Shown: piece after piece, positions 28,542-36,898 of the stretch
Position numbering within the stretch: position 1 is the first letter of the stretch
Layout of the letters: the number at the start of each line of letters is the position of its first letter
From: Dehalococcoidales bacterium
Lineage (GTDB): Bacteria; Chloroflexota; Dehalococcoidia; Dehalococcoidales; Fen-1064
DNA length: 64,000 nt
Direction of reading: 5' to 3'
Assembly: GCA_020342155.1 (NCBI GenBank)
Contig: CP070842.1
Location: forward strand, 555,930-619,929
Translations under genes and position numbers: made by a program
The notes under the pieces: generated by a model
The model's input: only the letters and a program-made list of their open reading frames with translations
What the model was told of the DNA's origin: nothing
Database searches by the model: none

Positions 28542-29903
28542 TCAGCGAGTGCCTATTTTTTTTACATCCAATCCATACGCCTTAATTTTATTATAGAGAG
28601 TCATTCTCGCGATTCCTAAGACCGCGGCAGCTTCACTGTAGTTGCCGTTGGTCTCAGTGAGTACATGCAGAATGTGGTTCTTCTCAACCTCATCAAGACT
28701 TTTGCCTGCCAGTGTTACCCTTACTAACTGCGAGTTTTCCTGAACCAGATCTCCCACCTCGATACAGGCATTTTTAGATAAAATGACCGCTCGCTCAATT
28801 GCGTTTTCTAGCTCTCTAACATTGCCAGGCCACTCATATTTTAGGAGAAAATCGGTAGCCTTTGGAGAATATTCGGTGATTTCCTTCTGGTTCTCCGTGG
28901 CAAACTTCTCCAGGAAGTACTGGGCTAAGAGAGGTATATCTTCTTTTCTCTCTCTTAATGGAGGCAGGTCAATCGAAACTACGTTCAAACGATAATAAAG
29001 GTCTTCACGAAATGTTTCATCGGTCACGGCCCTCTTAATATCTTTATTTGTCGCTGAAACAACCCTGACATCAGTCTTAACCAGTTCGTTACCACCAACC
29101 CTGGTGAATTCCTTCTCTTCCAGTACTCTCAACAGGTGACCCTGAATATTAGCACTCATGTCACCAATCTCATCCAGAAAGAGAGTGCCTTTATTAGCGA
29201 CCTCGAACTTACCCTTTTTTTGCGCATAAGCTCCGGTGAAGGACCCCTTTTCATGGCCAAACAGTTCACTCTCTAGAAGACTCTCAGGCAAGGCAACGCA
29301 ATTAACGGCGACAAATGGCTTACTCCGACGATGACTCTGGGAGTGAATAGAGCGGGCCACAAGTTCCTTGCCGGTGCCACTCTCACCTGTAATCAATACA
29401 GTAGCATTGCTCCTGGCTACAACCTTAATTATCTCAACTACCTGTTGCATCTTGGGACTTTTAGCGGTGATATTTTCAAATTCGTAACGCTCCTTTAGCT
29501 TCTTGTGCAAGGAAATGTTCTCCTCAACCAATCCCTGATGCTCAACCAATTTCTCAAGTAGAATCGCCAACCTTTCTGGGCAGAAAGGCTTCTCGATATA
29601 GTCATAGGCACCTTCTCTCATAGCAGAAATGGCGGTTGGGATGCTCGCGAAAGCGGTAATGATTATCACGTTAACAACCGGGTTCATCTCCTTTGCTTTC
29701 TTCATAAACTCTATCCCATCCATACCCGGCATCACGAGATCACTAATGATAATCCCTATCTGCTCCTCTTCCAGTATCTCCAGGGCTTGAGAGCCGCTCT
29801 CCGCAGTAAACACATGATAACCGGCATCATTTAGCCAGTCACAAAGCGATTCGCGAACAATAGCTTCATCGTCAACAACGAGGATATTAGCTTCTCTACT
29901 CAT
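28542..29903 (-). CDS. NtrC-family sigma-54-dependent response regulator (REC + AAA+ + Fis-type HTH)
   Basis: GESGTGKE Walker A, GSFTGA (GAFTGA-type sigma-54 contact loop), C-terminal HTH ...AAAVLGIARMTLYNKIK. Confidence 0.9.
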   Translation of the reverse strand: MSREANILVVDDEAIVRESLCDWLNDAGYHVFTAESGSQALEILEEEQIGIIISDLVMPGMDGIEFMKKAKEMNPVVNVIIITAFASIPTAISAMREGAYDYIEKPFCPERLAILLEKLVEHQGLVEENISLHKKLKERYEFENITAKSPKMQQVVEIIKVVARSNATVLITGESGTGKELVARSIHSQSHRRSKPFVAVNCVALPESLLESELFGHEKGSFTGAYAQKKGKFEVANKGTLFLDEIGDMSANIQGHLLRVLEEKEFTRVGGNELVKTDVRVVSATNKDIKRAVTDETFREDLYYRLNVVSIDLPPLRERKEDIPLLAQYFLEKFATENQKEITEYSPKATDFLLKYEWPGNVRELENAIERAVILSKNACIEVGDLVQENSQLVRVTLAGKSLDEVEKNHILHVLTETNGNYSEAAAVLGIARMTLYNKIKAYGLDVKKIGTR

Positions 29904-31836
29904 GGTAAGCCTCCAAGCGGACAGTAAAGGTAGTTCCCTCCCCCTCTTTACTATCTACCTCAATTCTTCCCTGATGTCGTTGGATAATTCCATAGGCCAC
30001 AGCTAGTCCTAAACCTACCCCTTTACCCTTCTCTTTTGTGGTAAAGAAGGGAGTAAAGAGCTTGTGCAGGTTTTCTTGAGAGATACCTGACCCTGTATCC
30101 TGAACCTCTATCTTAATCTGGTCGTCATTAACTACTGAGGTACGGAGGACTAACTCACCCCCCTTTGACATTGCTTGGATGGCATTCATGATAAGGTTTG
30201 TAAGAACCTGATGAAGCTGGTCAAAATCAGCCATGACTTTAGGCAAGTCAGGGCTATATTCTTTTCTCACCTCAACATTCTGCAGACCGGCCTGGTGACC
30301 AATGATGTTAAAAGCTCGCTCGATAACCTGGTTTATGTCTACCAGCCTGAGGGTTGGTGTTGACTGGCGAGCAAAATCCAAGAGATTACGAATTAACCTG
30401 GAACTACGGGTAAGCTCTGAGTCCATTTTTGTCAGGTAGTCCAGCGATTTTTCCTTACTGATGGTATTATTAGATATGTTTTTCTCCAGCAACTTGGTAT
30501 AGACAAGGACACCGGCCAGAGGATTATTGACCTCGTGAGCAATAGAGGCTGCCATCTGGCCTAAGGAGGTTAGCTTCTCGGCCTGGATAAGGTCTTCCTG
30601 AGTAGCCTCCAGTTTCTTGAGTAAATAAGGCCAACACATATTAATCTCTGCCAATTCCTGGCCGATGGCAACAGCCAACTCTCTACAGGAAGCGTAACCA
30701 CAAGCTCCACAATCCATCCGGTAACTGGGACTAACCCTGCCAATTTGCTCAAGGAGACCTCTGACTTCTTCTTCGCTGGGAGTTGGTAGGTAGATACTGC
30801 GCCCAGTAAATTTACGGTTGAGGTCAATCGTAGCGTAACGCTCGATGTCCTTCTCAGTCTGGGTGGGGTCTACATTACTCCGAGCGTATCTAGCAATAAG
30901 CTCCTTTCGACTAAAACCGCTTAGTTCATTATCAATAAACGGTCCATCAATACACCCGTGACAAAAATACAGATTAGCAAATCTAGCAGTGATGTCACCT
31001 TGAGCAAATTCCCCAAGAATCTTGACAACATATTCCCTACCGTGAACACTCATGACATCATTCTTCATTATGTCATCAGTTAATCCCATAACCTTAAGCA
31101 GGCCGCCTGATATGGCAAATAGCCGACCAAGCTTGGATATAGGGCCAGCAAACTGCTCGTCCTGCTCACTGCTCGGGACAATTCCTTTATCAGCAAACAT
31201 TTCCTTTAATTCCGTAAAGGTTAGCACAGCATCCACCATACCATCAGCATTCTTATCGGCGATTTCTGCTTTCTTAGCAACACACGGACCAATGTAGACC
31301 ACCTTAGCCTGCGTGTTGTGATATTGCTTGATTATTCTACCCATGGCAATTGTAGGTGAAACAATGGGTGCCAGATTACTGAGTAGTGAGGGATGGTACT
31401 TCTCGATGTAGGTTACTACCGCCGGGCAGTTAGATGAGATTATAGGCCCGTCTTTAACTTCGTCTAGTAGTTGGATGTATTCCCCACTGATTAGCTCGGC
31501 ACCGAAGGCTGCCTCCATCACATTGCTGAATCCCAGCTTCTTAAGAGAGGTTACAAATTGCCCAGGCTTACAATTGAGCAAGGCAGCTGGGAAGGAAGAG
31601 GAAACTACAGCTACCACATCAGGGTGGTTAGCCAATAGCTGCCGAACTAATTCGACATCGCTCTCCGCTTGCTTTGCCCCGGTAACACAGACACGTATAC
31701 AGTTGCCACAATCAATACAACGTTCCTTTATTACCTCAGCCAACCCTTCTCTTATCTTGATTGCCTTAGTCGGACAGTGACGTACACAGGCGTAGCACCC
31801 CTGACACTTCTCTCGGTCGGTATAGACAACGCTCAT
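29896..31836 (-). CDS. Histidine kinase with N-terminal 2x[4Fe-4S] + [FeFe]-hydrogenase H-domain-like sensor + Cx2Cx4Cx16C motif
   Basis: CQGCYACVRHCP and CIDCGNCIRVC; H-cluster-type motifs SSNCPAV, IGPCVAKKAE, FCHGCIDGP; CGACGYASC-x16-C; then SIAHEVNNPL H-box and an HATPase_c domain. Confidence 0.8.
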   Translation of the reverse strand: MSVVYTDREKCQGCYACVRHCPTKAIKIREGLAEVIKERCIDCGNCIRVCVTGAKQAESDVELVRQLLANHPDVVAVVSSSFPAALLNCKPGQFVTSLKKLGFSNVMEAAFGAELISGEYIQLLDEVKDGPIISSNCPAVVTYIEKYHPSLLSNLAPIVSPTIAMGRIIKQYHNTQAKVVYIGPCVAKKAEIADKNADGMVDAVLTFTELKEMFADKGIVPSSEQDEQFAGPISKLGRLFAISGGLLKVMGLTDDIMKNDVMSVHGREYVVKILGEFAQGDITARFANLYFCHGCIDGPFIDNELSGFSRKELIARYARSNVDPTQTEKDIERYATIDLNRKFTGRSIYLPTPSEEEVRGLLEQIGRVSPSYRMDCGACGYASCRELAVAIGQELAEINMCWPYLLKKLEATQEDLIQAEKLTSLGQMAASIAHEVNNPLAGVLVYTKLLEKNISNNTISKEKSLDYLTKMDSELTRSSRLIRNLLDFARQSTPTLRLVDINQVIERAFNIIGHQAGLQNVEVRKEYSPDLPKVMADFDQLHQVLTNLIMNAIQAMSKGGELVLRTSVVNDDQIKIEVQDTGSGISQENLHKLFTPFFTTKEKGKGVGLGLAVAYGIIQRHQGRIEVDSKEGEGTTFTVRLEAYHE

Positions 31837-32951
31837 TAGTCCCCCTCACTTTCATACCGAACATACTTACTCTTGCACCGAGAAGCAGGCAATCTCAGCT
31901 CTTTCCTCAGGTCGGCCACCGAGCGACGAGAGATGGTCACACCGAATTTTTCCTGCAGCTCAGTCTTTATCGCGTCATCTGAGGAAAGTCCTTCCTCGGT
32001 TTCAAGAAGTTGTTTGATTAGTTCTTTCTTAAACTTCTTCGATCTGGGGAAAAAGTGCTTAAGGGGAACCTCTGTACCCAAAGGTGTCTCTAGGCTTTTC
32101 CTGTTGATGGCACGACTAACAGAGCTGGGAGCAAGCCCAATTTTCTCAGCCAGTTCTTTCTGACTGAAGGGTAATAGAGATTTAGGATCACCACACTCCA
32201 GATATAACGCTTGCTTATCAACAATACCCTGCAGTATTTGACTTACCGTGTCCTTGCAGCTATTAACTGATTCTAGTCTCTTGAATAGCTGCTTAGCTTC
32301 ACTGACCTCAGTCTCAGTGAAAACCCCTCTTACCCTCAACTCCTCAAAGCTTCCGTAATCAATCCGATATCTTCCCCGGGCAAAGGGGGCGGATAAGTAT
32401 CCAATAGTAAAGCTATCCCCCCGTCTCTCTACCGAGGCAATTTTAGAATAGCGAATTTGCTCTGAACTGAAAGCGGAGGGATGATAGAACTCACTTAGAA
32501 TAGAGAAGTCATTGACAAGGTCATTTATCTCTCGGACTTCTGAAATACTCAGACCACATTCCTCAGCAATCTCTTCCAGGACCATCCCTGACTCAGGAAA
32601 CAAGAAGTAACGCTTGAATTTCTCCAGTCCCAACTTCTCTACTAGACGAACGATTCGCGCCTTGTTTTCTAGAAGGGATTCCACGTCAAGAGAGCCTTTG
32701 TCGGCTGTGGTTTCTTCTCTAAGCTGAAAATATTGGGATGAAATATCGGTCTTGGGAACTCTCTGGTAATGGATGAGTTTCTCTTCCTGATAAAGCCTCA
32801 CAAAGAGAGGAGTTTTTTCTAGCTCGATGACAAGCTGAATGAAGGTTTGCTCAGGCATTTCCAGCAACTTGGCCTGTTCTATGAGGAAGACTTGTTTTAA
32901 TTCCTGCCTGATTTGTTGGGATTGTCTTTGCTCTGTTATCATACTAGGCAT
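31836..32951 (-). CDS. rpoN: Short (371 aa) sigma-54 (RpoN) family sigma factor
   Basis: Gln-rich region I (EQRQSQQIRQELKQ...LLEMPEQTF..ELEKTPLF), HTH (LAPSSVSRAINRKSLETPLGTEVPLKHFF), and an RpoN-box-like GVTISRRSVADLRKELRLP. Overlaps the kinase start by 1 nt. Confidence 0.8.
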   Translation of the reverse strand: MPSMITEQRQSQQIRQELKQVFLIEQAKLLEMPEQTFIQLVIELEKTPLFVRLYQEEKLIHYQRVPKTDISSQYFQLREETTADKGSLDVESLLENKARIVRLVEKLGLEKFKRYFLFPESGMVLEEIAEECGLSISEVREINDLVNDFSILSEFYHPSAFSSEQIRYSKIASVERRGDSFTIGYLSAPFARGRYRIDYGSFEELRVRGVFTETEVSEAKQLFKRLESVNSCKDTVSQILQGIVDKQALYLECGDPKSLLPFSQKELAEKIGLAPSSVSRAINRKSLETPLGTEVPLKHFFPRSKKFKKELIKQLLETEEGLSSDDAIKTELQEKFGVTISRRSVADLRKELRLPASRCKSKYVRYESEGD

Positions 32952-32960
32952 TGTAAAAAT

Positions 32961-32989
32961 ATTTTACTACTCCTGTGATGTATTGTCAA
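32961..32989 (-). promoter_or_regulatory. Sigma-70 promoter TTGACA-N17-TAAAAT, only 9 nt upstream of the rpoN-like ATG (near-leaderless)
   Basis: The reverse complement gives TTGACA (32984..32989), a 17-nt spacer and TAAAAT (32961..32966). ATG at 32949..32951, no SD sequence. Confidence 0.45.
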
Positions 32990-33147
32990 TATATTTAGCA
33001 TTAATATCTAGAGTAACTAAAAAGAATGGAATGAGGTGAGAGCTGGTAAGAGATTATGCTTATTACTCCAGGCTACGGAAACGAAAAGATGACCTGCAAG
33101 AGCAAAGGAGCACCTGAGCAAGGCGGTAGGAGCTTACCGGGATATGT

Positions 33148-33951
33148 TCACCCTCGTCCTTCCACAATTGGTGATCGGTCGGAGTTGAGAACGGCAACAA
33201 GAAGGTAGATTCCCCCAGCATATTGTGCGGCTCTTCCAATCCATGCAACTAGACCCTCGACAGAACCCAGAAATATAAAGATGGAGCCCTGGGCAAAAAG
33301 TGATACACCAAGGAAACACCAGAAACGAAAGGCTGTTTGCGACCTGGAATACATCCATAGGTAGACAAACGATGAAACAAGAAAAAGGACTATTGTTGTT
33401 ATTCTAACAGCGCTTCTGAGAAGTACACTCTTTTCGGGTACATAGAATGAGGGAATCACGCCCCTAAACGCGAGTAGGGTAACTACAGCGATGCCGGCGA
33501 TTATCCCCAAGTAGCACAGAAGCACAATCTGAGATCTTCGCCAAAATTCTGGATTGGCCAGATGTGGTTTGGTCACTTCCACGACAGCTCCAGTCAAATA
33601 CAGGGCTGAAGCTATCAAAGCTGCACCCTCATTTGCAGTAATACGGGTATTCAACTCCTCAGCTGGCAGCCACCCGTAGAACAGACTACCAGCACCTAAG
33701 GCCAGTACACCGCAGCCAAGCCATAATACCTGTGACGAAATCGAAACCGCCGCTCTCCTTGCCGCAACATAGGCTACAAGCACCGCAACCGCAGAGATGA
33801 ACACCGTGTTGAGTATATTAATCGGTAAAGGGAGATCGTAGACCTCAACGATATCGACGATATCGAGGCCGACGAAGATAACGCCAAGCGCCGCAATGAT
33901 AAGAACTATACCTAGTGCGAATCCCTTTAACATGTCGGCATCTCGTGGCAA
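33148..33951 (-). CDS. Polytopic membrane protein of unknown function (~7 TM)
   Basis: Hydrophobic segments throughout; no recognisable catalytic motif. Confidence 0.5.
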   Translation of the reverse strand: MPRDADMLKGFALGIVLIIAALGVIFVGLDIVDIVEVYDLPLPINILNTVFISAVAVLVAYVAARRAAVSISSQVLWLGCGVLALGAGSLFYGWLPAEELNTRITANEGAALIASALYLTGAVVEVTKPHLANPEFWRRSQIVLLCYLGIIAGIAVVTLLAFRGVIPSFYVPEKSVLLRSAVRITTIVLFLVSSFVYLWMYSRSQTAFRFWCFLGVSLFAQGSIFIFLGSVEGLVAWIGRAAQYAGGIYLLVAVLNSDRSPIVEGRG

Positions 33952-34167
33952 TAATAGTACAGACTACGTATTGATGACAACCTTAACGCCCATCAATCAC
34001 GAAAAGGAGCACCCGTCTTTCTCAGAATACGGCACCTACGATGAAAGGAGACGGTTCTGCGAGACCGTGTTCAAATGCCCCCACATACAGGGTAGCAATA
34101 TCTTAAGGAAAGACCGAAATGAATGCCTTCGTTTTTATTAACACGAGGGGGGTACAATATGTTGAAA

Positions 34168-34179
34168 TGGTGGGCGGTA
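34168..34179 (+). repeat. 12-bp copy (TGGTGGGCGGTA) of the tRNA-Val 3' end: candidate distal att remnant
   Basis: Identical to 56868..56879 (complement of the tRNA-Val acceptor 3' strand plus CCA), same orientation, exactly 22,700 bp away. A GAACCT follows at a shifted offset. Confidence 0.35.
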
Positions 34180-34636
34180 CTGGACAATAGGTAGAACCTT
34201 TGAGTTAGATTTCTCACTGCCTGTCTAGAGAATACCTAACAATCAGACTGACCGTTTAGATATTCACCTTTTTACTTTTTATGTCCTTACGCCCATTTTT
34301 GTCAATTAACTATATTAGATGTTAAGAGATTACATTATTGGCGGGTTTACGTAATCATAGTATAGATCCAGGCGGGTTTCTTTGAGGTTCTCTAGTATTC
34401 TCAGAAATATACAAGAAATCGGCAATTGTCATCACTGCCAACCAATGTGCCATTCACCACGCTATAGGCATAGGTAGTTTGACCTCCCCGAGATGCTTGG
34501 TTTTACCTATTGCACCTCATGCTTTTCGGGCTCTTTTGTCATCAGAGGACAGGCAAAGTAGTCGATGATGTTTCACCATCACGATGATAGTCTTTAAGTA
34601 GACAGGAAACCAGATAACCAAGAAAGGAGGATAGCC

Positions 34637-34747
34637 ATGGAAGGAGTACTACTACAAACAATACATATCGTAACAAAACTTGGCATACCTCTGATTATTC
34701 TCTTCTTGCTGGGATTTATTATCAATTCACGACCAAGGTATGGTTGA
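34637..34747 (+). CDS. Small (36 aa) single-TM protein
   Basis: AAGGAGG 6 nt upstream of the ATG. Sequence MEGVLLQTIHIVTKLGIPLIILFLLGFIINSRPRYG. Confidence 0.4.
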   Translation: MEGVLLQTIHIVTKLGIPLIILFLLGFIINSRPRYG

Positions 34748-34777
34748 GAATCAGGTCTAATAAAGGAGGTGAAATCA

Positions 34778-34969
34778 ATGGAGACTGTACTGACAATCCT
34801 GATGTTCCTGGGAATTTACGTCGTCTTTCCTCTACTCGTAGCCACTATCGTGTGCGGTATAGCCCTGTTGGCGAGACGTCGTGCTAGGAGTGTGGAGATA
34901 GCCAAACGTGCCAAGGCTCCGACTGCAGCCAAGAAGGTAGGGCTCGCTCATCATCCTGCTAAGACTTAG
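34778..34969 (+). CDS. Small (63 aa) single-TM protein with basic tail, tandem paralog A1
   Basis: AAGGAGG-N8-ATG. The first 31 codons differ from A2 by 8 synonymous and 1 nonsynonymous change. Confidence 0.7.
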   Translation: METVLTILMFLGIYVVFPLLVATIVCGIALLARRRARSVEIAKRAKAPTAAKKVGLAHHPAKT

Positions 34970-34999
34970 TACGAGATTATCAATAAGGAGATGAAATCA

Positions 35000-35182
35000 A
35001 TGGAGGCTGTACTGACAATCCTGATGTTCCTGGGAATCTACGTCGTCTTTCCCCTACTCGTGGCCACCATCGTATGTGGTATAGCTCTGCTGGGGAAGCG
35101 GCGTGCTACGAGGGCCGCAAGGGCTAAAGCCCCAGCAGCCAGAGAGGCCGAAGAACTCACCCATGAGCCTGCTAAGGCGTAG
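35000..35182 (+). CDS. Small (60 aa) single-TM protein with basic tail, tandem paralog A2
   Basis: AAGGAG-N9-ATG; METVLTILMFLGIYVVFPLLVATIVCGIALL core shared with A1. Confidence 0.7.
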   Translation: MEAVLTILMFLGIYVVFPLLVATIVCGIALLGKRRATRAARAKAPAAREAEELTHEPAKA

Positions 35183-35215
35183 CGAGTGAACGGTAGCGGA
35201 TGATAAAACTCCGGC

Positions 35216-35257
35216 AGAGACCCCTGGTTTGAGTTAAACTCCCAGCCAGGGGTCTCT
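35216..35257 (+). terminator. Perfect 12-bp stem hairpin after the small-ORF cluster
   Basis: AGAGACCCCTGG...CCAGGGGTCTCT with an 18-nt loop. No clear U-tract, so intrinsic termination is uncertain. Confidence 0.4.
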
Positions 35258-35259
35258 CT

Positions 35260-35351
35260 ATGCACACATTGCGTAACGGCATAATGGGTCAGGTGTGCAG
35301 TCTGGAATGGGTCTCGTGGCGGATGAACGTGCCTCTGCCTGATGGTAACCT
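35260..35351 (+). promoter_or_regulatory. Conserved promoter/operator module, copy C5 (-35 ATGAAC 35323..35328; TGn-TAACCT -10 at 35346..35351)
   Basis: Shares blocks ATGCACACATTGC / GTCAGGTGTGC / GGAATGGG / CGTGGCGGATGAAC and the exact 17-nt spacer with the copies at 46935, 49477 and 56410. Lies 16 nt upstream of the fdnH-like ATG. Confidence 0.65.
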
Positions 35352-35366
35352 GATTAATGATACATC

Positions 35367-36221
35367 ATGAGTGATAAAGCTATCCTTTTCAACACCACCA
35401 GATGCATTGCGTGTCGCGGTTGCCAGGTGGCCTGCAAGCAGTGGAATGAGACAGACGAGGTGATTCCCACTGAACAGAACAGCGTACGATCAGTAAACCG
35501 TGGCAGTTATGAAAATCCCCCGGACCTCTCACCAAAGACTTGGATGACGATTAAATTCATTGAGAAACCGCAGGGCGATTCCATAGAGTGGTTTTTCAAT
35601 CGTCGTAGCTGTATGCATTGTACTGAGGCTGCCTGTGTCGAGGTGTGCCCCTCTGGGGCTCTTTATCACAACGAAGATGGGTTTGTCACCTATGATAAAG
35701 ATAAATGTACAGGCTGTGGTTATTGTGAGCAATACTGCCCGTTTGATGTTCCTCGATTAGACACAAATATTGTCACAGGCGTGGGTAAAATGGACAAGTG
35801 TACTCTCTGCACGACCCCAAGCCTCAATCGTCTCTCGGCAGGTGAAGAACCTGCGTGTGTCAATACCTGTCCCACTCACGCTCTAGTCTTCGGTGATAGG
35901 GACGAGCTTATCTCCGAAGCTAAAACACTGGTCACCGGTCTGCAGACAACCGGCTCTAGGGTCTATCCCAAGGCAACGCTTTACGGAGAACAGGAACTCG
36001 GTGGCCTCCACGTTCTTTATGTTCTGACAGACTCGCCTGGAGTCTACGGCTTGCCAGAGAATCCTCAGTTCCCTATCGCGGCCACACTCCAGAGAGATGT
36101 CTTCCGTCCCCTTACTAAGGTGGTGTGGCTCATGGTCGCTGGTGGCCTGGCACTGAACGTCTTGATTGCCTGGTTCAGGCAGAGGCAACTTAGTGAGGAG
36201 AACTCTCATGGAAATGATTGA
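35367..36221 (+). CDS. fdnH: FdnH/HybA-like 4x[4Fe-4S] electron-transfer subunit with C-terminal TM anchor
   Basis: CIACRGCQVACKQWN, CMHCTEAACVEVCP, CTGCGYCEQYCP, CTLC...CVNTCP; C-terminal hydrophobic helix. Confidence 0.85.
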   Translation: MSDKAILFNTTRCIACRGCQVACKQWNETDEVIPTEQNSVRSVNRGSYENPPDLSPKTWMTIKFIEKPQGDSIEWFFNRRSCMHCTEAACVEVCPSGALYHNEDGFVTYDKDKCTGCGYCEQYCPFDVPRLDTNIVTGVGKMDKCTLCTTPSLNRLSAGEEPACVNTCPTHALVFGDRDELISEAKTLVTGLQTTGSRVYPKATLYGEQELGGLHVLYVLTDSPGVYGLPENPQFPIAATLQRDVFRPLTKVVWLMVAGGLALNVLIAWFRQRQLSEENSHGND

Positions 36222-36861
36222 ACGCTATACACGAGCAGCGAGATGGTTTCACTGGCTTATTGCCATCGTATTTTTTGAGATGGCACTGTCAGGGCTACTC
36301 ATCTTTCTCCCCTGGGTTCCTTCAGGCACGATAGGCATGTGGACTCGACTTATCCACCGTATTGGCGCAGTGTTTCTCGTTGGCGCTCCGGCAATATTCA
36401 TGCTTTTTGCCTGGCAACGTTCATGGGATTTCATTAAGGAAGCATTCACCTGGGGTAAAGAAGACCTCGAATGGCTGCGAGCCGCACCAGGCTACTATTT
36501 TGGCGGTGACCCGAGGATGATGCCACCCCAGGGTTATATTAACACCGGGATGAAGCTATACCGAATATCTATCATCCTCGGTGGTGGCGTATTTCTTATT
36601 ACGGGATTTATCATGACATTTCTCAGGGGAATTGTACCTCCGGCGGTCTTCCAGTGGTGCCTCGTCCTGCACGATGTCACCTTTATCGTGGCTATCGGTA
36701 TGTTCCTTTTGCACTTTCAACTCGGCGTTTTTCACCCTAGAATGGATGAGTCTCTCTTGTCTATGTTCGATGGCAAGGTCTCAGGTGTCTACGCCAAGTC
36801 CCACCATGGCAAGTGGTATGACGGAGTTAATAATAGAGATGACGATAACTCCTCCGAATAA
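36208..36861 (+). CDS. fdnI: FdnI-like di-heme cytochrome b membrane subunit
   Basis: RYTRAARWFHWLIAIVFF..LSGLLIF, 4 TM with conserved His. Start set at ATG 36208 (GAGGAG upstream), overlapping fdnH-like by 14 nt. Confidence 0.7.
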   Translation: MEMIERYTRAARWFHWLIAIVFFEMALSGLLIFLPWVPSGTIGMWTRLIHRIGAVFLVGAPAIFMLFAWQRSWDFIKEAFTWGKEDLEWLRAAPGYYFGGDPRMMPPQGYINTGMKLYRISIILGGGVFLITGFIMTFLRGIVPPAVFQWCLVLHDVTFIVAIGMFLLHFQLGVFHPRMDESLLSMFDGKVSGVYAKSHHGKWYDGVNNRDDDNSSE

Positions 36862-36898
36862 ATACTGGAGTCCTGATTCTGGGTAAGCATTCTACTGA

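Noticed and set aside
33896-34141. 81-aa ORF, plus a T-loop-like GTGTTCAAATGCC just before the 12-bp att-like repeat, as a possible tRNA fragment.
   Set aside because: No complementary T-stem or acceptor sequence could be folded, and the ORF has no SD or motif. It is treated as non-coding spacer.
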